This document shows positions 28,747-36,478 of a stretch of 36,478 nucleotides of DNA, piece by piece. Each line of letters begins with the position of its first letter. The stretch's first letter is position 1. The notes beneath the pieces are model-generated. The model searched no databases. It was not told the DNA's origin and saw only the letters and a program-made list of their open reading frames with translations. Both the position numbers and the translations under genes were made by a program. Source of the DNA: an uncultured Acidobacteriaceae bacterium (GTDB lineage: Bacteria > Acidobacteriota > Terriglobia > Terriglobales > Acidobacteriaceae); NCBI GenBank assembly GCA_964247945.1, contig CAXTWP010000001.1, positions 1-36,478 on the forward strand. The letters are read 5' to 3'.

Positions 28747-31419
28747 ATGACAAGTGCAAATTGCGTTCCTTCCAAGCTTTTAGAGGGCACCTTCGGTGCA
28801 GTCCGCATCATCGATTTGCCTTCTGTAGCCGGCGATGCGCTCGCGCAGATGCCGTGGTGCCATCGAATACTGCTTGAGAACACCCTTCGTCACCCGGACC
28901 ATGCGACGTTTACTCGAGCTCGTGATTCACTCCTCAGATGGCAGGACACATGCAGTAGCAATGCTGAAATCTCCTTTTGGCCGCTTCGAGTGCTAATGCA
29001 CGACACGACATGTGGTCCGGCGCTGGTAGATATCGCTGCCATGCGCGACGTGTTATCCGAGGCTGGCGGGGATCCAAAACTGCTGAATCCCTCGGTCCCA
29101 GTTGCGACATCTGTGGATCACTCCGTGGCTGTTGATTCTTGGGGTGCGTCCGACTCGCTCAGCAAGAATATGGCGCGTGAAATCGAGCTGAATCGCGAGC
29201 GCTACATGTTCATGAAGTGGGCGTCCTTGTCTTTGGTCAACTTCCGTGTCTTTCCCCCAGGCACGGGCATAATGCATACGCTCAATATGGAGCACTTAGC
29301 GACGATTGTCACTACGGAGGACAAAGGGGGTGAAAGATGGGCGATGCCCGACACTATGGTGGGGACCGACAGTCACACCCCGATGATCAATGGCCTCGGG
29401 GTTTTAGGGTGGGGAGTGGGTGGTATCGAGGCGGAGAGCGTCATGCTGAGCACGCCAGTTTCACTGCAAATCCCTGACGTCCTCGGGGTGCGGCTCACGG
29501 GCAGCTTACCCGAGGGAACGCTAGCAACCGATCTGGCTCTTGTGGTGACACACAGGCTGAGGAAAGTGGTGGTACCCGGTGACTTTGTAGAATTTTTTGG
29601 ACCGGGGGTCGGAAGCTTGTCTGCTGGTCAGCGAGCTGTCGTCTCCAATATGGCTCCTGAGTACGGGGCAACAACAGCGTTTTTTCCTGTAGATGAACGT
29701 ACCCTGATGTACCTTGGGCAAACGGGAAGAAGCGACGCGCAGGTGGAACTTGTAGAAGCCTACTGCAAGGCACAACGACTATGGTATACCCCCGATTGCT
29801 GTCCCCATTACACCAAGACGATTGAGATCGATCTGTCTGGTCTAACGCCCTCTATCGCAGGCCCGCAACGTCCTCAAGATTTGTTACGTCCATCTGAGGT
29901 GCCGGCTGCTGTTCTCGCAGGTCACCGTAGGCAAGCCGCTGTAACTGGACCGGAAGAGGTCCCGGCAGGGGCCGTTGTCATAGCTGCCATCGCATCGTGC
30001 ACCAACACTACCGACGTGGAACTACTGGTCACTGCCGCTTTAGTCGCACGAAAGGCGAGAGCCTTTGGACTCCGCCCACCACCTTGGGTTAAGACGTCCT
30101 TCACTCCTGGCTCGCCTGCCACGGCGAAACGCCTTGGTCATGAGCGGTTACTGGAAGACTTAGAGGCGATCGGATTTGCAATTGCCGGCTACGGATGCGG
30201 GACATGCATCGGCAACTCTGGTCGCCTTACATCGTTGGTGGAAGACGCAATCGAAAGGCATGCGGTGGCACCCGTAGCCGTACTGTCTGGCAATCGAAAC
30301 TTTCCAAATCGCGTTCATGGGCAGCTTGAGTCGGCCCTACTCGTTTCGCCCCCCTTGGTGGTGGCTTATGCTTTGGCAGGTCACGCGCTGCTGGATGTAA
30401 CAGCTGACCCAATCGGGAGGCTTTCAAATGGTAGAACCATCCACTTATCGGACCTATGGCCAAGCAGTGCCGAAGTTCGGGCTGCGCTCGAGAGTTGTAT
30501 TCGCCCGGAGGATGTACTCTCCGCCTACACTGAAGCTGAGGCTTCAAGCGCTTGGGCCGCCCTCAGTGCTCCCGAGAGTTCTCTCTTCCCGTGGGATCCC
30601 TCCTCAACCTACTTATTACGCCCCCCATTCGTTCATCTGCAGCCCGACTGCCCTAGGCCAGAAAAGCTTGAGGCCCATGTCCTTTTGTTGTTAGGGGACG
30701 ATGTAACGACAGATCACATTTCTCCTGCAGGACTGATACCTGTAGACAGCGACGCCGGGGCTTGGCTTATTGAACGCGGCGAAAACCCTTTCGCACTCAA
30801 CGTGTACGCATCCCGTCGGGGAAACTGGGAGGTCATGATGCGCGGGCTGTTCACTAATCGCGCTCTCATCAATCTCATGTGTCCTACAGCCAAACCCGGA
30901 AGCACGGACTCCTCACTTACCGGCACGACTGTGGCCGTGTGGCGAGCCGCAGCAGAATATAAGGCCCAGGGATTGCCTGTAGTTATCATTGCTGGTGAGC
31001 GATACGGCACCGGTTCCTCACGAGATTGGGCAGCGAAAGGGCCACAATTATTAGGGGTACGTGCCGTCCTGGCAAAGAGCTTCGAAAGAATTCATCGATC
31101 TAATCTAATCTGCATGGGCATTTTACCGTTACAGCTCCCACCAGAATGGCGCAGCACCCGCCTTCACATTGATTCCGAAACGAAGATTCACTTCATCTGG
31201 GACCCGAGTGCGCTATCCCCCCTCGGTCCACTAAAGGTGCAGTTGGTAAATTCTGATCCTACCGAATGCGAGGAGTTCGACACCGTAGCCCTGTTGGAAA
31301 CGGAGAACGAAGTAGCATTGATAAAGTCTGGTGGAATCATCCCTAGAATTTTGCGGGAAGCGCTCTCAGCGTCTTGGACCCCAACGTCAACGACAGAGTC
31401 CAGAACAGTAAAACAGTAG
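28747..31419 (+). CDS. Divergent AcnA-like aconitase-family Fe-S hydratase
   Basis: DHSV, GTDSHT, SCTNT, CGTCIGNSG, TTDHISP and GSSRDWAAKG present. Unusual MHDTTCGPA and GNRNFPNR. Confidence 0.9.
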   Translation: MTSANCVPSKLLEGTFGAVRIIDLPSVAGDALAQMPWCHRILLENTLRHPDHATFTRARDSLLRWQDTCSSNAEISFWPLRVLMHDTTCGPALVDIAAMRDVLSEAGGDPKLLNPSVPVATSVDHSVAVDSWGASDSLSKNMAREIELNRERYMFMKWASLSLVNFRVFPPGTGIMHTLNMEHLATIVTTEDKGGERWAMPDTMVGTDSHTPMINGLGVLGWGVGGIEAESVMLSTPVSLQIPDVLGVRLTGSLPEGTLATDLALVVTHRLRKVVVPGDFVEFFGPGVGSLSAGQRAVVSNMAPEYGATTAFFPVDERTLMYLGQTGRSDAQVELVEAYCKAQRLWYTPDCCPHYTKTIEIDLSGLTPSIAGPQRPQDLLRPSEVPAAVLAGHRRQAAVTGPEEVPAGAVVIAAIASCTNTTDVELLVTAALVARKARAFGLRPPPWVKTSFTPGSPATAKRLGHERLLEDLEAIGFAIAGYGCGTCIGNSGRLTSLVEDAIERHAVAPVAVLSGNRNFPNRVHGQLESALLVSPPLVVAYALAGHALLDVTADPIGRLSNGRTIHLSDLWPSSAEVRAALESCIRPEDVLSAYTEAEASSAWAALSAPESSLFPWDPSSTYLLRPPFVHLQPDCPRPEKLEAHVLLLLGDDVTTDHISPAGLIPVDSDAGAWLIERGENPFALNVYASRRGNWEVMMRGLFTNRALINLMCPTAKPGSTDSSLTGTTVAVWRAAAEYKAQGLPVVIIAGERYGTGSSRDWAAKGPQLLGVRAVLAKSFERIHRSNLICMGILPLQLPPEWRSTRLHIDSETKIHFIWDPSALSPLGPLKVQLVNSDPTECEEFDTVALLETENEVALIKSGGIIPRILREALSASWTPTSTTESRTVKQ

Positions 31420-32041
31420 CTAACTTTCATGTTGTGCTCGTATGCAAGGAGACGGACCGGCGGACATCGGCCGACATATCGGGGGGTTTGCCAAGCTGGA
31501 CCGCTGTATTAGACTTACGATAGTCGCGAAAAACGACAACCTGACCTCAGCGATCCGCTGGCAGGTTGCCGAATACAAGTCAATCACGCTCTGTGTGATT
31601 CGGCCAGCGTCTCCGATGCAACTGCCCAGTGCGAGTTGCGACGGTCAGCCCACAAAGCTGACTACAGGAGCGCTCTGGCCGCCACATGCCGAGTGCACGG
31701 TTTCTCATGACCTCTCCCTGTGAGTTTCAACAGCTTACTGAGACTATGGTTCAGCTTGAATCCGGCCGCAATAAGGCACCTTGGCTGTGCCTAGGTACCC
31801 GGAAGTAACCTCAAGTCAATTACTGTGCTACAGGAATATCGTGACGTAGGATGCCTTCTACGTCGCACTGATTCAAGCGCAGGCAGGAGCGAATCTGAAC
31901 AATCGATGCGATTAGCATACCTCCAGCGAACACAACTGATCTCAATGCTGATCAAGGAGGTGAATATGGCAAATGCATCCCGATGCCATTTACCTCCGCT
32001 CTGCCGAAGGAGTGAACACGCTTTTGCAAGATGGATCCTTG

Positions 32042-32792
32042 CTAAATCTGAACCATCCCTCCATCGACGAAAAGTTCAGCGCCGTTCACGTAGCTTGCAT
32101 CATCTGAAGCGAGGAATAGTACGGCTTTCGCAATCTCGTCCGGCGTGCCGGGGCCACCGAGAGGGATGTCTTTAGCCATTTCCGACAGAAGTCGCTCGGC
32201 ATTGTCTCGACCACCGGTCGCCTTTTCAATGGAAGGAGTATGGACGGGACCTGGACTGACGACGTTTACGCGTATGCGACGTGACCTTAGTTCGTTTGCC
32301 CACGTCCGCGCAAAGCTCCGTACCGCAGCCTTACTTGCGCAAGACACCGAATCCCGGTGTCCCCTTGATCGTCCACATCGAAGCATTCAGGACAACGGCC
32401 GCGCCGTCGGGCATCAGTGGCAACGCCTTCTGCATGCAGAAGAAGACCCCCTTGACGTTGGTAGCGAACCCAGCTTCAAATTGGGCTTCGGTCATTTGGT
32501 CGATGGTAGCGTGTTCAGCCGTACCAGCATTCGCGAATGGGATATCCAGCCGCCCCGCTTGCTCTCTCACCACTGCGAACAGTTGGTCGAGATCCTCCAG
32601 CTTGGAGATATCGCCTTGAATACCCACGGCGCCCTGACCGATCTGCTCGACAGCCAACGCAAGTTCATGACTCCGTCGGCCTGTTACAAAGACCTTGGCG
32701 CCCTCGGCTGCCAGCAGTTTGGCCGTGGCCAAACCAATTCCACTTGTCCCGCCTGTGACCATGGAAATCCTATTTTCAAGTCTTCCCCACAT
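32042..32792 (-). pseudogene. Short-chain dehydrogenase/reductase, frameshift at the catalytic Tyr codon (~32342)
   Basis: TGGTSGIG, ANAG and NAS. The sequence reads GTC T TGC GCA AGT AAG where V-Y-C-A-S-K is expected. C-terminus RVNVVSPG...LFVDGG is in another frame. Confidence 0.88.
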
Positions 32793-32828
32793 CTTTACCC
32801 TCCCGAAAACACGGTCCGCCAGCTCACT

Positions 32829-32877
32829 TCCAACCATATCTTTGGATTTATGGTGAGATTCCACCGGCCTTGTTGGA
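32829..32877. promoter_or_regulatory. Pair of TCCAAC-N6-GTTGGA-like operators upstream of the SDR
   Basis: TCCAACCATATCTTTGGA (32829) and TCCACCGGCCTTGTTGGA (32860), 31 bp apart. Confidence 0.6.
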
Positions 32878-33095
32878 ATGCAAATTAAGAATGTCCGGCA
32901 GACCGCGCAAACTTTCAGACTGAGAGCCAATTTAGCAATGCCGAGTTAACGTTTTCGGAGAATGATCGAATTCATGCGTTGCCAGGGTGGATGGCGACTG
33001 CTTGAGAAATTGCACATGCGCGAACTTAGGTGAATGTCGGGACGCGAGGAGACCCCTTAGCATCTCCATGGACCCGTAAACACGGTTCTATGGAG

Positions 33096-34091
33096 CTACT
33101 TCCTCGCGGACATGCCTTCCTTGATGGTGAAGCGCAACAGGGCAGGAGGGTGGACGATTCCATCGGGTCCCGGCGCCAGAAGTCCACCATCGGTCGTGAC
33201 GTATGCGACGCGGCCTTCCGCCTTCGGCACCCAGTAGAGACTTGAGGGACCAACGAGCTTGTCGTTGAACGGATGGCCGGACACAATGTCGGCATTCTGC
33301 GATTTGGTCGGGTTCAGCGATACCCTCCGGATCGTATTGGCAACGTGGGTGCCGATTTAGGCAACGCCGGCGGCTTCGTCGATGCAGAAGTCATCGGCTG
33401 AGAGAATACCGCTCTCCATAACCTCGGGCAAGCCGACAGCATCCAGAGTGTCCGGGTCTACCGCTACTCGGACAAAGAGCTGCTGGGCACAACCGGTGTA
33501 GTACAGGAAGTTGGTCTTTGCGGCAAAGCGCACTCCATTGACTCCTGGATATGGAACCGTCACCTTCGGAGTGAGGAAGACCTCCGGCAATTCCCACCCG
33601 GCAGCCATGGTGTTATCGCGCAGCCAGACCGAAGCTTTCGCGGAAAGGCCATCATCAGCTATATCCAATCGCCAGATCAAACCCGCGGTGCCGTCGGCGA
33701 TGACAAGAACTTTGGGGCCGAGCATGCAGGCGCCATTTAGGCCCGACGCCGACGTTGGGAAAGTAAAGACACGCTGGCGCGTTACCGGCTTACCGAGTTT
33801 CCAGCCCCGCAGATCGTAGCGTTCAAGCGCAGCCTCACCCAGGGTGCAGACCCAAAAGACGTCCGGCTCGACTTCAATGATGCCCATGGGCAAGCCGTCA
33901 AGGGAATCGAGGAGAAGCGGGGTGACCGGCAGGTCTCCGGCGGCGTTGGGAACATACCAGAGTTCACCTTTGTTTGTAGCCGTGACCAGGATGGAGCCGT
34001 CTGCACGAGTGACAAGATTCTCAAGAAAATAAGTCTTGGGAAACACGGCAGCTGTTTCTACAGTAAAACCAGAATTAGGGGCATTCGACAT
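33096..34091 (-). pseudogene. SMP-30/gluconolactonase-like six-bladed beta-propeller, in-frame TAA at 33357-33359
   Basis: FLENLVTRADGSILVT, LNG, GVNGVRF and ADDFCID. The frame continues IGTHVANTI...GPSSL...AYVTTDGG to TAG at 33096. Confidence 0.75.
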
Positions 34092-34225
34092 GACAACTCC
34101 AAACGAAAAAGCAGTTAGAACAACGGTTGAATTGCCTTGTGCCGTTGGGGGTGACGGCGCACACTCCCGCGGGGTTACGTAAGCTTACGGGGTCGAACTG
34201 CGCACAGTAAGTCTCCTTACCCGCA

Positions 34226-34831
34226 TCAGATCTCGGGGCCGGGAGCGGGAACATCGAACAAGTTGAGGATGGTGCAGGTAAGACTAAACTCCCCGATAAG
34301 AGCGCCAATCTCATACAAGCCTTGCTTGCCAAATGTCTTCTCAGCCCCAGCCAATAGAGAGTCGCTGATTCGGTAGGACTTGGCCATGTCATGCGCTATG
34401 CGAGCCGCCAGCAATTCGTCCGGGGCGAGATCCTTTGGCAGTTCACCAGAGCTAAGCGAGCTTATGGCTGCGGCGGACAGTCCGGCGTTACGCGCGATGA
34501 TCGAATGAGAGTAGAGCTCGTACTTGGACTCCCATACGCCGCCAACAGCAAGGATGATGACCTCGCGCACCTGCTCTGAAAAGGAGACGTGCTTTTTCAG
34601 GGCGGCATCGAAAGCCAGGAGCGCCCTTGTAATCTCGGGGTTTAGCAGGAAAGCGTTGAAGGGGCCTATTAGCCGGCCGTCGGCCGTCACCATCTTGAAT
34701 CCGGCTCTTTCGCCCCAGGGCGCCATTTCTTCCCCGATCGAGTCGTACATCGCTCGTTGTGGCCCCGTGATGGTCGCAGGCTCGCGTAAGGGCAATCGCC
34801 CGCCCATTGCATCGTTCACAATTCCTGACAT
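34226..34831 (-). CDS. Carboxymuconolactone decarboxylase / AhpD-like family protein
   Basis: AGGAG RBS before ATG 34831. GRLIGPFN and REVIILAVG..W.SKYELYSH...AR.AGLS. Confidence 0.85.
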   Translation of the reverse strand: MSGIVNDAMGGRLPLREPATITGPQRAMYDSIGEEMAPWGERAGFKMVTADGRLIGPFNAFLLNPEITRALLAFDAALKKHVSFSEQVREVIILAVGGVWESKYELYSHSIIARNAGLSAAAISSLSSGELPKDLAPDELLAARIAHDMAKSYRISDSLLAGAEKTFGKQGLYEIGALIGEFSLTCTILNLFDVPAPGPEI

Positions 34832-34861
34832 ACTCAATCTCCTAAACACGCGTTTGGCAAC

Positions 34862-34910
34862 TCCAACATTTTGGTTGGACAATTGATATGATTCCAACCG
34901 ATTCGTTGGA
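34862..34910. promoter_or_regulatory. Two perfect TCCAAC-N6-GTTGGA TetR operators
   Basis: 34862-34879 and 34893-34910 in the divergent CMD/TetR spacer, 31 bp apart. Confidence 0.75.
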
Positions 34911-34930
34911 GATGCAAATATAATTGCGTC

Positions 34931-35524
34931 ATGGCTTGGGATACACAGGAAACGCGCCGTCGTCTGCAACAAGCGGCATGTGAAGAGTTCACCGCACATG
35001 GACCTGACGGTACGACCATGGCGCGGATCGCGGCTTTGGCGGGAATAAATAAGGAACGGCTGTACAACTATTTCGGGGACAAACGAAAGCTGTTCGAGAC
35101 GGTACTCGTAGCGGAGCTGGAAAAGCTCGCTGTTTCCTTGGGGATGAATGCTCCCGGTCTGGAGGATATCGGTGAATACACAGGGTGTATCTTCGACTAT
35201 CACGCGCAAAATCCGCACCTCGTCCGACTCTTGCTCTGGGAGGGCCTGTCCGATGGTCCAGCCGCAAACGAGGCGGCCCGCACCGCTCATTACCTGCGCA
35301 CAGTAGCAATGTTCGCCGAAGCACAACGGGACGGCACACTGAATGACGATCTTGATCCAGCAAAGCTGGTCTTTCTACTGATTGGACTGGCGGCATGGTG
35401 GTTTGCCGTACCCCAGTTGGCGCGCATGGTCTCAGGCTCGGATGGCAGTGATTCAACGGAGCGGAGCTTACGCCGGGCCTGTGTTGTCAGGGCCGCCCAG
35501 CATCTAGCCTCCTCTGACCCGTAA
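34931..35524 (+). CDS. TetR family transcriptional regulator
   Basis: GTTMARIAALAGINKERLYNYFGDKRKLF HTH. Confidence 0.92.
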   Translation: MAWDTQETRRRLQQAACEEFTAHGPDGTTMARIAALAGINKERLYNYFGDKRKLFETVLVAELEKLAVSLGMNAPGLEDIGEYTGCIFDYHAQNPHLVRLLLWEGLSDGPAANEAARTAHYLRTVAMFAEAQRDGTLNDDLDPAKLVFLLIGLAAWWFAVPQLARMVSGSDGSDSTERSLRRACVVRAAQHLASSDP

Positions 35525-35624
35525 TGCCAGATCGTCGGGAGGATGTCAGTCCCGGCAAACGCCTTTTACGCCCGCCCGCGAGCCGAGTCCGCTCCGGGCG
35601 GCATGTAGACTCAGGAGACTTTCG

Positions 35625-36194
35625 CTAAGCCGACTTGTGAGGACTAACGCGGTACCCCTTATGATTGCGGAGTCCTAGACTCCGCTGCTTGACGAGACTT
35701 AAGGCCGGGCAGCTCAGGTGGACACCAGGCCGAAGACCTTGTTCTGTCGCGATCTTCTGGAGTAGTCGGGTCAGTTCCTGGCGTTCCGCTGGAGCAAGCG
35801 AAGTGCAGACTCGGTCTTGATGTGCTCTCGTTAGGCTGATCAATTCCAACGCTACACCCTGGCCCTTTTCTGTAAGCTGCAGCGTGTAGGACCGGCGGTC
35901 CTCCGTACTCTTCCCGCGCCGCACCAGAGCCCTTTTTTCCAGCTCGTCGATCAGCCTGACCAGATTGCTGGGAAACATTTGCAGAGCATCCCCTAGTTGC
36001 CGCTGGGTCAGTCCGTCCGCTTGGAAGATTGCCTTGAGCACGCCCACATGGGCCAGACGAAGCCCAAATGCATCTACCTGCTTCCCAAATGCGCTCTGGC
36101 TATGCGAACCAACCTGTGCGATGAGGAAGGCAAGATCGTCTTGCAAGTCTGATTTCCGATCTTTGAGCAAAATGATCGGCTTCTTTCTAGGCAT
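35625..36194 (-). CDS. MarR family transcriptional regulator
   Basis: TQRQLGDALQMFPSNLVRLIDELEKRALVRR...DRRSYTLQLTEKG. Confidence 0.9.
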   Translation of the reverse strand: MPRKKPIILLKDRKSDLQDDLAFLIAQVGSHSQSAFGKQVDAFGLRLAHVGVLKAIFQADGLTQRQLGDALQMFPSNLVRLIDELEKRALVRRGKSTEDRRSYTLQLTEKGQGVALELISLTRAHQDRVCTSLAPAERQELTRLLQKIATEQGLRPGVHLSCPALSLVKQRSLGLRNHKGYRVSPHKSA

Positions 36195-36266
36195 ACATAC
36201 ATGATATAACGATTATGCAGTATATGCTATCAGCTGACAGGCCGAACAGCATGAAAGAGGAACCCA

Positions 36267-36478
36267 ATGGAAGTCTCAAAGTGGATTATCGCGTTGGTTG
36301 CTGTGTTCAACTTCGGCGGCTATATTGCAGACGCAGTGATTCCGTTTACAGCAAAGCAGCACATCCACAATCCACGCTGGCCGCCGCACGCCAAGTTTCA
36401 CAACGGCCAAACCATGCTGCTAGGCATCGACCATGAGGAGGAATGCTGCCATAGGCATGTGCTGCTGAGCCATACCAG
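36267..36478 (+). CDS. DUF6640-like membrane protein, partial; similarity seems to break near 36430
   Basis: AAAGAGGA RBS, then MEVSKWIIALVAVFNFGGYIADAVIPFTAKQHIHNPRWPPHAKFHNGQTMLLGI. Open to the window end and absent from the ORF track. Confidence 0.65.
   Translation, partial: MEVSKWIIALVAVFNFGGYIADAVIPFTAKQHIHNPRWPPHAKFHNGQTMLLGIDHEEECCHRHVLLSHT

Noticed and set aside
34832-35326. Long N-terminal extensions in the ORF track (also 2583, 14996, 22515, 27228 and 32930 starts)
   Set aside because: They overlap neighbouring genes or operators; downstream starts match the family N-termini and mostly have an RBS.

Overview
About 36.5 kb of accessory DNA, probably from an Acidobacterium (inferred from the Oar-type TonB receptors and the style of the Crp and integrase genes). 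A 46-bp 3' fragment of tRNA-Asn(GTT) at 6178-6223 sits next to a tyrosine-integrase relic and marks an island junction, probably of tandem islands. The flanks (1-10.5 kb and 32-36.5 kb) hold small regulator/detox-type cassettes (Crp/Fnr, aldo-keto reductase, TetR, MarR with a TetX-like monooxygenase, SDR, CMD, beta-propellers), many broken by frameshifts or stops. Some of these lesions may be sequencing errors. The core (10.6-31.4 kb) is almost fully intact and is the most interesting part. It has two parallel organic-acid catabolic modules, each with a TonB receptor (the second a relic), a double-wHTH GntR, an ACS-type MFS transporter and an aconitase with non-standard active-site motifs. Module 1 adds PrpF, PrpB, a lactonase and a solute-binding-fold protein without a signal peptide. 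No methylcitrate synthase is present in the window. A shared palindrome (TGYATY-N10/12-AATRCA) precedes the main transcription units. Together this suggests an uncharacterised pathway for uptake and breakdown of an exogenous tricarboxylate or its lactone. All calls come from reading the sequence and from remembered family motifs; no searches were run.
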